Assembly: GCA_943788985.1 (NCBI GenBank)
Contig: CALSSJ010000010.1
Span: 256,001-320,000 of the forward strand
Source: an uncultured Lentisphaerales bacterium
GTDB lineage: Bacteria > Verrucomicrobiota > Lentisphaeria > JABSQK01 > UBA12247
DNA: 64,000 nucleotides
Direction: 5' to 3'
Part shown: positions 9,037 to 20,293 of the stretch, one piece after another
How the letters are laid out: the number at the start of each line of letters is the position of its first letter
How positions within the stretch are numbered: position 1 is the stretch's first letter
Position numbers and translations under genes: made by a program
The notes under the pieces: generated by a model
The model's database searches: none
Seen by the model: only the letters and a program-made list of their open reading frames with translations
What the model was told of the DNA's origin: nothing

Positions 9037-10406
9037 GGCCGGCCGTGGCCGCCACCATGCGGCGAAGAGGCCCTGCTCCCGGGTTTTCGCTTGCCCCGCC
9101 TCTTCGCCTTGTTCCTTAGCGGTTCCTCGCCCTTCACTTGGACTGTCGTCCCGTCCGATGCGATCGAGAGAGCAGTAAGTACCAGGCGATGCCCGGCCGG
9201 CAGCGCTGAATCTGTAATCACCGCCTCAGCGTCGGACCAGCAGAGATTTATCGTTTCCCGGCGCAGCCGATTCTCGGAGTCGATCAATAGAATCTCGTTT
9301 CCGGGGCGCACGGCCTCACGCGGGATCACATACACATCGTGGATCGTCCGGCCGCGGATTGTTGCCTCTACGTACTCGCCGATCTGCAAGGGACGTTCTT
9401 CGCGCACAGAACGGACGCGGGCGATCAGCACGAGCTGGCGCGTGTGTGTGTCCATGCGCCCCTCGCTGCGCTCTATGCGAGCCTGCCACCTGAGACCGTC
9501 TCCGGGGCTGGTAAGTGTTACGGCCGGCTTGGCAGGCAGATCCATCGCTGCCAGATCTCGAGCGCTGCAGGATAAGCGCACCTCGATCGCGTCGGTCGGG
9601 TAAACCTGCGCTAGTGCCGAGCCTGGGCCCAAATACCGCCCATGATCGACAAGCTGCTCAAGTACGCGACCGTTGTATGGGGCCACGACGGTCGTTCGTG
9701 TCAGGTCCAGCCGTCGTTTGGCAAATTCTGCCTCTGCCGCTGCCAGAGCTGCTCTCGCCGTGGCGATTCGCGCGTCAGCGAGTTCCAGGTCCAGCGTCTT
9801 CTGTTCCTGGCGTGCTTGCGCGGCATCGACGGCTGCGCGCGCCGCTGCAAGTTGCGGTTTCCGTAAAACCAAATCACCCGGCTGCCCCTCGCGGCCCATT
9901 CGGTCCCAATCTCGCAGCGCCTGCCCTGCGCGTGCCTGCTCCTGCGTCAGCGCGAGTTGAGCCTGTGTGACATCTGCGGCAATGATCCGGATGTCGATCT
10001 TCGCGCGCTTGGCCAGTAACTGTTGCTCTTCCAACTGGCGAGCCCGCTGGGAGGCGGTTGCCTCAGCTGCCTGGACGGCAATCTCATAATCGGTGGCTTC
10101 GATCCGAATCAGCACATCCCCCTCTGCGAAGTGCGCACCGTCTACGAGCTTGTCGCTGAGCTCTACAATTCGGCCCCCAATCTGGGTCACCAGCGTGGTT
10201 TCGATGCGCGGCCGTACATTACCCTCGCTCCGCACCGAAAGCGTATGCGAGACCGCTTCGAGTTCCGCAACCTCTACCACTGGCGAGACAGTCCACGATG
10301 GGCGTGTCTTCGGTTGAGGCTTGTTGCTGATCATCCAGCGAATGAAAAAGAAGCTGCCAATTAACAACGCGATCGGAAACAGAATCTTCAGTGTCGTCTT
10401 GATCAT
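9033..10406 (-). CDS. RND periplasmic adaptor (membrane fusion protein)
   Basis: N-terminal TM helix, lipoyl halves (GGRIV..., GDVLIRIE; APYNGRV), long alpha-hairpin, IPREAV. Overlaps the permease start. Confidence 0.93.
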   Translation of the reverse strand: MIKTTLKILFPIALLIGSFFFIRWMISNKPQPKTRPSWTVSPVVEVAELEAVSHTLSVRSEGNVRPRIETTLVTQIGGRIVELSDKLVDGAHFAEGDVLIRIEATDYEIAVQAAEATASQRARQLEEQQLLAKRAKIDIRIIAADVTQAQLALTQEQARAGQALRDWDRMGREGQPGDLVLRKPQLAAARAAVDAAQARQEQKTLDLELADARIATARAALAAAEAEFAKRRLDLTRTTVVAPYNGRVLEQLVDHGRYLGPGSALAQVYPTDAIEVRLSCSARDLAAMDLPAKPAVTLTSPGDGLRWQARIERSEGRMDTHTRQLVLIARVRSVREERPLQIGEYVEATIRGRTIHDVYVIPREAVRPGNEILLIDSENRLRRETINLCWSDAEAVITDSALPAGHRLVLTALSIASDGTTVQVKGEEPLRNKAKRRGKRKPGSRASSPHGGGHGRP

Positions 10407-11794
10407 CGCTCAAATCCTCCGCCAAGTGCGAGATACAGCCCCAGCCGGTTCTGAAGGCGACGGTTCGTGACTGTGATGCGGCTGCGTCGGGCATCCACCG
10501 AACGTCGTTGGGCAACCAGCAGCGCCGTTAGTTCCACCAGTCCGTTGTCATAGTTCTCGCGCGTCTCGGCTTCGGCTGCCTGTGACTCATGCGCTGCTAC
10601 CTGTAAAGCTGCCAGCTCAGACGTCAGAAACGCGTCCGCAGCCAACGCTGTCTCGACCTCCTGATAGGCAGTGAGTGCTGTTTGTGCATAGTTCGCAAGT
10701 GCCTGCTGCTGTCGGGCGTCCGCAGCCATGATTCCTGCAGAGATCGCACCGCCGTCGAACAGCGGCTGCGTGACGCCCGCGGCCAGACTCCATAGCATGT
10801 GGCTGGGATGCAGGATCTTGCGCAGCGTATCCGAGCTTGTCCCAGTGTTGGCCGTCAAGCGCACGGCCGGAAACGCTTGAGCGCGGGCCACCCTAGTGCG
10901 TAAGCCAGCGGCGGCCAAGCGGGCCTCGGCTGCGCATACATCTGGCCGTCGGGCCAGCAGATCCGCGGGTATGCCGGCTGGCACCGCCGTGATGTATGGA
11001 AGTTGATCCGCCACGCTCAAGGCTGCTTGCGGATAACGCCCGACCAGTGCCTCCAAGGCCCGGACCGCGGCGTCGTACTCGCGTTCGGCGCTGTGCAATG
11101 CACGCTCACTGTTGGCGACATTGGCACGCGATAAATGAACTTCTGCCGCGCCGTTCAAAAGCCCGCTGCGGTAGCGTTGCTCGGCTGTCTGCAGCGTTCC
11201 GCCAAAGCTCCCAATATTCTCTCGCGCCAGCGTCAGGTTGTACTTAGCAGTGATGGCGTCGCAGTATTGGCGTGCGATCGCCACAGCGATTGCCAGCCGC
11301 GCACCGCGATCAGTCCAGCCCGCCGCCTCGAGATCCCGCGCCGTTGCATACGCCTCGTGGCGAAGTCGTCCCCACAGGTCCAATTCCCAGCTCACCGCCA
11401 CTCCCAGTGCCAGGCTTGCCGAAATCGCATCTGGCTGGCGGCCGCGCTCATCATTCACGCTGCGCGAACGCCGACCATCGCCGTTCAAGGCAAGTGATGG
11501 TTCCCGTGCGGCGAGGCCGCGCAGGACGGTTGCGGAGATTGCATGGAGAGCGGCGCGCGAGGCCTGAAGGCTGAAATTATGCGCCAGACCATCATGGATG
11601 AGGTCAACCAGCAGTGGATCTTGAAGGTCCTCAGCCCAAGCAGTGAGCCCCGGGACTCCAGCCACACTGTGCGAGGAGGTCCAAGCAGGCGGTATTGGCA
11701 CGTCAAAGGCCGCCTCAGGATCCGCGTCTGCGGGGGCTGTGGTCTGGCATCCAATCAGAAAACTTGCCAGTATCAGCAGGACGAGCACACGCAT
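10403..11794 (-). CDS. Outer membrane efflux lipoprotein (NodT/OprM/TolC family)
   Basis: Lipobox FLIG-C after MRVLVLLILAS (start taken at ATG 11794). SWELDLWGR, LLARRPDV and LYLALGGG motifs. Confidence 0.93.
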   Translation of the reverse strand: MRVLVLLILASFLIGCQTTAPADADPEAAFDVPIPPAWTSSHSVAGVPGLTAWAEDLQDPLLVDLIHDGLAHNFSLQASRAALHAISATVLRGLAAREPSLALNGDGRRSRSVNDERGRQPDAISASLALGVAVSWELDLWGRLRHEAYATARDLEAAGWTDRGARLAIAVAIARQYCDAITAKYNLTLARENIGSFGGTLQTAEQRYRSGLLNGAAEVHLSRANVANSERALHSAEREYDAAVRALEALVGRYPQAALSVADQLPYITAVPAGIPADLLARRPDVCAAEARLAAAGLRTRVARAQAFPAVRLTANTGTSSDTLRKILHPSHMLWSLAAGVTQPLFDGGAISAGIMAADARQQQALANYAQTALTAYQEVETALAADAFLTSELAALQVAAHESQAAEAETRENYDNGLVELTALLVAQRRSVDARRSRITVTNRRLQNRLGLYLALGGGFER

Positions 11795-11922
11795 AGTCGC
11801 TACCTTGTGGGGACGAGGGGGATGAAAGATTGCACTGTACAGGCGGGCGGCAAGCATGCGCACCAGATCCGCTGCATAGTCGATCAGTCGTGGCACATCT
11901 TGTAGATTTCCTGAGAGGCCGC

Positions 11923-11950
11923 TTGACAGCTACCCGTTTCTTGGCAACTT
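11923..11950 (+). promoter_or_regulatory. Possible sigma70 promoter for rpsO
   Basis: Perfect TTGACA at 11923-11928, but only a weak -10 (TGG-CAACTT). Confidence 0.3.
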
Positions 11951-11986
11951 ACCTGTTTGATAAGAATATTTTTATACCATTGGGGA

Positions 11987-12256
11987 ATGTCTATGGACGT
12001 CGAAACCAAAGCGGAAGTGATTAAAGAATACGCTCTGAGGGGTGGAGACACTGGCTCTTCGGACGTTCAGGTAGCCGTACTGACGCATCGGATCAAGGAA
12101 TTGACCGAGCACATGAAGGCGAATAAGAAGGACAACCACACACGCCGAGGCCTCCAGCTGCTCGTCCAGCGCCGTAAGAAGCATCTGAAGTACCTCAGCC
12201 GTACTCAACATGACCGCTATCGCGAGTTGATTCAGAAGCTCGGCTTGCGTCGCTAG
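11987..12256 (+). CDS. rpsO: 30S ribosomal protein S15
   Basis: 89 aa with DTGSSDVQVAVLT, KKDNHTRRGL and C-terminal LGLRR. Confidence 0.98.
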   Translation: MSMDVETKAEVIKEYALRGGDTGSSDVQVAVLTHRIKELTEHMKANKKDNHTRRGLQLLVQRRKKHLKYLSRTQHDRYRELIQKLGLRR

Positions 12257-12284
12257 GCACAGCCTCTGCTAGACACTTTTGTGT

Positions 12285-12361
12285 GGTGGCTTAGCTCAGT
12301 TGGTTAGAGCAACGGAATCATAATCCGTGGGTCCGGGGTTCGAGTCCCTGAGCCACTACCA
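12285..12361 (+). tRNA. tRNA-Met (CAT), most likely elongator
   Basis: Cloverleaf GGTGGCT.../AGCCACT-ACCA, anticodon arm ACGGA-ATCATAA-TCCGT, TTCGA loop, encoded CCA. Lacks the initiator C1:A72 mismatch and 3GC anticodon stem. Confidence 0.93.
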
Positions 12362-12375
12362 AACTATTTTACAAG

Positions 12376-12411
12376 AAAAGCCCGGTTCGTGTAAACGAAC
12401 CGGGCTTTTTT
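12376..12411. terminator. Bidirectional intrinsic terminator
   Basis: AAAAGCCCGGTTCGT-gtaa-ACGAACCGGGCTTTTTT. Confidence 0.9.
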
Positions 12412-12439
12412 GTGTAGTTGATAGTTTGTCAGGCGCGAC

Positions 12440-12715
12440 TCAGTCTTTGAACACGGCCTCTTTGTGGATCAGCTTAGCGATTTTGTACAACAGCCCGAAT
12501 TTGTACGCATGCTCGTCGACACTGTCTCCGTTGTCCGGGGCGGTGGTCACGCCAAGCGCGTCAATGATGACGAAGATGGTGATGATCAAGGCCGGAAGTC
12601 GGCATGAAATCACGCCCACTAACCAAAGAATTAGGCCTGCGATGACCTTCTTGGTCTGGCCTAGGATAAAATATCCGATAGACGCCACGAAAGTGTTGAG
12701 AATCGGAGTGACCAC
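12440..12715 (-). CDS. Small membrane protein (TM2-like), 5' end possibly damaged
   Basis: SIGYFILGQTKKVIAG followed by two hydrophobic segments. Only a GTG start, and an in-frame TAA lies a few codons upstream. Confidence 0.5.
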   Translation of the reverse strand: MVTPILNTFVASIGYFILGQTKKVIAGLILWLVGVISCRLPALIITIFVIIDALGVTTAPDNGDSVDEHAYKFGLLYKIAKLIHKEAVFKD

Positions 12716-12842
12716 TCTAGGGATTCCTTTCTTTTAACGATTGGCCAGTCGGTCCCTCTGTCCTATGTTTTTAGTTCCGTGCCTTAGCCCAAACTACCGT
12801 AACAGCGAAGTGTTGTGAATGATTTGTATTTTTGGAGCCCCT

Positions 12843-12882
12843 AAAAAAGACGCCCGGCCTGGAATTAACCAAACCGGGCGTC
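12843..12882 (-). terminator. Intrinsic terminator (minus strand)
   Basis: Minus strand GACGCCCGG...CCGGGCGTC followed by TTTTTT. Confidence 0.8.
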
Positions 12883-12906
12883 ATGGGACGAGGCACCTAC
12901 CGACCT

Positions 12907-12923
12907 AGCAGGGGCCGTGCCAA
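12907..12923 (-). promoter_or_regulatory. Putative sigma54 (-24/-12) promoter
   Basis: Minus strand TTGGCACG-GCCC-CTGCT gives exact GG-N10-GC spacing. Confidence 0.55.
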
Positions 12924-13167
12924 GTTTGGATTGCGCGGGATTTGTTTGCAGGCCAGGGGCGTGTGGATTTCACTCGATCAGGGCCGGGGACATAATCGTA
13001 GACTCAGGGAGTCTGGAAGCACAAAAATGCAACGGTCCCGGCTGCGACGCAGCTATGTATGGTGAAGGTTCCGCGCCCGCGCTACTTGGCCTGATCGATC
13101 GTGATTGAACGGACGGTTCTGAGCAGAACACGAATGCTTGAGCACTCAGCGTGCCTTCACGAGGCTA

Positions 13168-15246
13168 CTAGAAGTAATAAATGGCGCAGCCGACTTGGAT
13201 GCCGCTTCCCACGTTAATGATCAGGCCGATATCACCGTTCTGGACCTGATTGGTCTCCTGCGCCCGTCGCAGCGTGTGCGGCAGGGACGAAGTAAACAGG
13301 TCTTTGCCACCGTCAACTACGTCGACAAACTTCTCGCGGACGATCCCAAGGGACTCACTCATGCGGGTGATGAATTCTGAGGAAATCTGCGGCGGAAAAA
13401 TGGCCTTGATCTGTGAGGCCTTCAGGTTCTCCCGCAGCATGACTTCGCAGACGGCATCCTTGATGCACTGCAGGTAGTACGTCTCAATCTCAGGATTGCG
13501 GATGAAACTAAGAAAGGCAAGCCCTTTCTCCTGGCCGATGTGAGAGCGAAAGGCGTCGATGTAATCGGTGAAATAGCGAAAAACAAAGCTGCCAAAGCCA
13601 GTCCGGTTGTCCTCGGATCGGTCAAGAATGAGTGCGGATCCGGTCTCGCGGACGCCGAGCAGTTCCTTGTCGGTCCCAGTGTTGTTCTCCACTTCAGAGG
13701 CGACGACCATGATGTTGTCGCACTTCTTAGCGGCGATCATTGCGATCGCATTGTAGCAGGCGTTCAGAAAGCCAATGGCACCGTTGAACACGTCGTAGGC
13801 GAACGTCTTCGGGCCATCAGGCTCGGCCTCGCCATTTACGCCCACACGGCCCGCGATCAGCGCAGCTAGGGCGGGCTCGCAGACGAATTCATTGCGGTGC
13901 ACGCCGGAGTGAATCAACATGTCGATCTGCTGCCGTTGATAAACGGAGCGATTGAAGCAGTCCTCCGCAGCGGCACCCGCGAGAGCGACTGCGTCGTGCT
14001 CCATGGTTGAGTCAAGCGGCACGATACCAATGCTTTCAATGCGGATGCGGGGCAGTGAAATCGGCGAAATTGAGACTGAAATCGATGGCTCGGCAGTCTT
14101 TGGCAAGATTTCCGCGACTGGGGCGGCGGTCCCGCCAAGTGCTGCTGGCATGCGTGCTTCTGCAGGGCGTTGTGCTTCAATTTCCCGCATCCGAACAGGC
14201 AAGTCATCGAATGTATACGGCGCGGTCCCGATCGTGATGCCAGATGCCTGAATCGCGAAAATCACGGTATCGCCCGGGTTGAACTTGTTCTTGGCGATGT
14301 TATCCCAGAGCGCCACAAAATGCGTGGTTGTGGAGGTGTTTCCTCGCTCTGCGAGGTTATTGATCATGCTCTCTTTGTCGCAGATCTCCTCGCCCATCAG
14401 GCGGTTGATCATATTCGCTGTCTGGCTGATCGCAGTGCGCGCCGTTTGATGCATGATGACGTAATTGATGGCGTCTCGCGGCCACTTCAGTTGCAGCAGG
14501 ACGGAGCCGAAATGGCGCACGGACTCGCGAATGGCCACGGCGTGCAACTTCATGGACTCCGTGAGCATGATCGCCCCACCGTGCTCTTCCTTGGTCGGCT
14601 TGGCGATGCAATACTCGCTGAATTTTCCGAGCGTGTACATATCGATGGCGTGAAAGCCCACTTTTGGGTTGTCGGTTCGCTCCAGCATGACGGCAGCGCC
14701 GGAGTCTCCGAGTGTCAGGCAGGCAATACGCTCATCATCACGATTCAGAATCTCCTTCTGGGCAGTCACTGTCAAGTGGGTGATGTACTCACCGCTGACC
14801 ACCAGTGCCCGCTTGATGAAGCCAGCGCGGATGTAGCTGTCTGCAATGTTGATCCCGGTGAACATACCAGCACAGGCATTGGAGATATCAAACACCAACG
14901 CATTGTCGAGCCCAAAGTCGCGCTTTAGTTGAACGGAGGTGCTGGGCTCGAATGAAAAGTGAAAATTGGGGCCATCATAGCGCGAGATATTGCAGCAAAT
15001 CAGCAACTCGACATCTCCGGGACCGTACTTGGAGCGGTCGAGACATTCCTGAATTGCGCGCCGCGCTAGGTCAATCGAAAATTCGCTCTCACCAGCCATA
15101 CGGCGGGTTTTGATGCCAGTCAAACGCTGCAGTGGCAGCATCATTTTGACACGGCAAGCGCGTAGAATCTCCTTGCTGGAGACTTTCTTCGGCGGCAAAT
15201 ACACACCGAGGCTTTCGATGACTGAGTGGCAGCCAGAATCGGCCAT
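13168..15246 (-). CDS. Tandem two-domain OleA/3-oxoacyl-ACP synthase III-like protein
   Basis: Domain 1 has EPST, SNACAG (Cys), TLGDSGAA, MHQT (His) and RGNT (Asn). After a Pro/Ala linker, domain 2 has the same fold cues (IESIG, EPA, VGSG) but lacks Cys, His and Asn. Confidence 0.85.
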   Translation of the reverse strand: MADSGCHSVIESLGVYLPPKKVSSKEILRACRVKMMLPLQRLTGIKTRRMAGESEFSIDLARRAIQECLDRSKYGPGDVELLICCNISRYDGPNFHFSFEPSTSVQLKRDFGLDNALVFDISNACAGMFTGINIADSYIRAGFIKRALVVSGEYITHLTVTAQKEILNRDDERIACLTLGDSGAAVMLERTDNPKVGFHAIDMYTLGKFSEYCIAKPTKEEHGGAIMLTESMKLHAVAIRESVRHFGSVLLQLKWPRDAINYVIMHQTARTAISQTANMINRLMGEEICDKESMINNLAERGNTSTTTHFVALWDNIAKNKFNPGDTVIFAIQASGITIGTAPYTFDDLPVRMREIEAQRPAEARMPAALGGTAAPVAEILPKTAEPSISVSISPISLPRIRIESIGIVPLDSTMEHDAVALAGAAAEDCFNRSVYQRQQIDMLIHSGVHRNEFVCEPALAALIAGRVGVNGEAEPDGPKTFAYDVFNGAIGFLNACYNAIAMIAAKKCDNIMVVASEVENNTGTDKELLGVRETGSALILDRSEDNRTGFGSFVFRYFTDYIDAFRSHIGQEKGLAFLSFIRNPEIETYYLQCIKDAVCEVMLRENLKASQIKAIFPPQISSEFITRMSESLGIVREKFVDVVDGGKDLFTSSLPHTLRRAQETNQVQNGDIGLIINVGSGIQVGCAIYYF

Positions 15247-15329
15247 GCTGGGAGTACCTTAGTATCTAATAGGACAAGCCGGGTAACATACGATGCGCCA
15301 CGGCATATGCAATAGCCGTGGTCAGGCGC

Positions 15330-16088
15330 CTAAGCCATCGCTTCCCGCATGCTGGCCACGCACCTGGTCAGGGACGGAATCGGATTCTCGACATCTGCTT
15401 CGTATTCAATGACGGCAAATCCGTTAAATCCGTTCGCATTTACCGTTTCAACTAACGCTGGCAAATTCAGGGTTCCAGTGCCCACGACTACGTCATTCCA
15501 GCCGCCGTCCGGGTTGAACGTGAAGTCCTTGTAATGAATCCCATAAAGACGGCTCTTGAAGCGCTCCGCCCATTCGACAGGATTGCCGCGCTGTGGCCCG
15601 ATCTGCATACACCAGGCAGTATCGAGACACAAGCCGATGCCTGGGCCGCCAAGCTCGAGCAGGTGTGCAACCACGTCGGGTTGCCCCCCGAACATGTAGC
15701 CCCCATGGCAGTGTATGCCGATGCGAATGCCGTATTCCTCGCACAACTTGGCCGCTGCCGGTACGGCTTGTTGAAAGCTGCCGATATGAAAGTGGGCAGA
15801 AATGAACTTCGCGCCCGCCGCTGCCGCACACTCAAACCGCTTGCGGTCCGCGTCTTGGTCGCCGGAAAACCCTTCTACCCCGATGGAGACGATCTCGACT
15901 CCGGAGTCCCGATAAACCTTGACTGTTTTCTTCCAGCCTTCGACGTCGTTGAAATCCGCGTGAACTGCGCAAACCTCGATCTTGCTTAGGCCAAGTTCCC
16001 GTACCATGCCGGCTACGGCCGCGTTGTCCTTGAAATGACGAAAGCAGTAGCTCTGAATACCAAAATTAGCCGCGTTGGACTGTCCCAT
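15330..16088 (-). CDS. Sugar phosphate isomerase/epimerase (AP endonuclease 2-type TIM barrel)
   Basis: GIQSYCFR, GIHCHG, CLDTAW, IHYKD, VGTG and IEYE motifs. Start taken at ATG 16088. Confidence 0.85.
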   Translation of the reverse strand: MGQSNAANFGIQSYCFRHFKDNAAVAGMVRELGLSKIEVCAVHADFNDVEGWKKTVKVYRDSGVEIVSIGVEGFSGDQDADRKRFECAAAAGAKFISAHFHIGSFQQAVPAAAKLCEEYGIRIGIHCHGGYMFGGQPDVVAHLLELGGPGIGLCLDTAWCMQIGPQRGNPVEWAERFKSRLYGIHYKDFTFNPDGGWNDVVVGTGTLNLPALVETVNANGFNGFAVIEYEADVENPIPSLTRCVASMREAMA

Positions 16089-16200
16089 TCTTTTCCCTCT
16101 TCTGGAACGTGGCGTTGAACTCAACGGGGGAGGGGGAGCGCTTGCGCCCTCATGCTCACGCCACAGTAACGCGAGCAGGAGAGCATAGAAGCCAAGCCCC

Positions 16201-18623
<2,423 letters not shown>

Positions 18624-18631
18624 GTTTCCTG

Positions 18632-19727
18632 AGGTCGGTACTGCCGCTTCGTCGTCGGGAAGAGTGCCAGTGTGATCAGATTTCGCTTGGCGAGACCATG
18701 CTGCGCTTGGATCCGGGCGATGGTCGCTTACGCACATCCCGTTCGTTCGACGTCTGGGAGGCGGCGGCGAGTACAACGTAGCGCGCGGTCTTCGTAAGTG
18801 CTTTTGCCTGAAGACCGCAGTCGTCACTGCCTTTGTGGACAATGAAATCGGGCACCTGCTGGAAGACTGCGTCATGCAGGGTGGCATAACGACTGATTTG
18901 ATCCGCTGGATGGACCATGACGGGATTGGTCGCGAGGTCCGCAACGGACTGAACTTCACCGAGCGCGGATTCGGAATCCGTGGCGCTGTGGGTTGCTCAG
19001 ACCGGGCGAATACCGAAGCTAGCCAACTCAAGCCCGGTCATTTTGACTGGGACCACATCTTTGGTGAGGTCGGCGTGCGCTGGCTTCATACTGGCGGCAT
19101 TTTCGCAGCCTTGCCCGACACCACCCCAGACGTTGTTCTAGAGCCTGTTTCAGCCGCGCATCGTCACGAGACGATCGTAAGCTATGATTTAAACTACAGG
19201 CCAAGCCTGTGGAGGAGCATTGGTGGCCCCGAGCGCGCGCAGGAATCGAATCGCGAGATTGCCCGGCATGTCGATGTGATGATTGGCAACGAGGAAGTAC
19301 CGCTTGCCAGCGGTTTGAAGTCCAGGGTGTTGGCGAGAGCATGAATGCCTTGGATGTGACCAACTTCAAAGCCATGATCGAACAAGCGATCAAGGCCTAC
19401 CCGAACTTTCGCGTGACTGCAACCACACTGCGAAATGTGCATACCGCCAGTGTTAATGGTTGGGGCGCAATTTCTCGGTGCAACGGCCTGTTTTATGAGG
19501 CCAGCCATCGCTCAGAGCTCGCAATCTTTGATCGTGTCGGCGGTGGCGATAGTTTTGCCAGCGGCCTAATTTACGGCCTGATGACCTATGATGATCCTCA
19601 GCTCGCAGTCGAGTTTGGCGCTGGCCATGGCGCCCTAGCCATGACTACGCCGGGCGATACGACCATAGCGACACTCGCCGAAGTGCGCAAATTAGTGGCC
19701 GGTGGAGGCGCTCGCGTAGACCGCTGA
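18632..19727 (+). pseudogene. kdgK: 2-keto-3-deoxygluconate kinase (PfkB family) pseudogene
   Basis: SLGETMLRLDPG, EYNVARGL, SYDLNYRPSLW, IGNEE and DRVGGGDSFASG are spread over three frames (shifts near 18760 and 19300). No proper start codon. Confidence 0.8.
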
Positions 19728-20293
19728 GAGCTGCGTGCTTATTGGAATATTGTGGCAGGCCCCCTTCCTAGTTGGCCGAAGACAAGAGGTGGCGTGCGCC
19801 AGCTTCTGCCTGTGAGGCATGTGTTCATTCAGTTCAAAACTACGAGATGCAGTGGTCTTACGCTGTTTATTTTCCACAGGGAGAACAGCGATGCCGTAGA
19901 GGGAGGTTTGCTTGTCGAAATCTAGGTGTGTGGCGTTGAGCGCGTTTTTAGAGTTGCCGAATATGTGAAGCACGAAGTATAAGGATAGGACCTAAGCCCT
20001 TCTTTGCTTGTACCCTCCATTCTTGATATCTGATCGCTTTTCCAATTTGGGTGATGATTTGCGGGTTCCTATTTGCTGCGACTCCGTAGCTGCTAAAGGT
20101 GCTGTATACTACAAAGATCAAGCGTACTATTGTATTTTTGGGAATGCCTGTTTAGTAAAGGGCGTTGCCCTCTAAACGATTTGTAAACTCTAGGGTCTGC
20201 ATCTTGCGCAGGGGGGCGGTAGTCTGCATTTTTCTCGCGGACGCATGTGCTCTTGCTGGGGCTTTCGTTTCTATCAAATTCGATGGAATCATT

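Noticed and set aside
5567..12361. Genomic island integrated at ssrA or tRNA-Met
   Set aside because: No integrase, and I saw no duplicated 3' end of either RNA gene.
15298..15321. sigma54-like motif upstream of the KAS III gene
   Set aside because: The minus strand has TTGCA but lacks the invariant GG at -24. It is better explained as the CCACGGC/GCCGTGG hairpin after the upstream gene.
19728..20290. Short ORFs and a hairpin (20149-20177) in the AT-richer intergenic stretch
   Set aside because: No recognisable protein or RNA family features, so no call can be supported.
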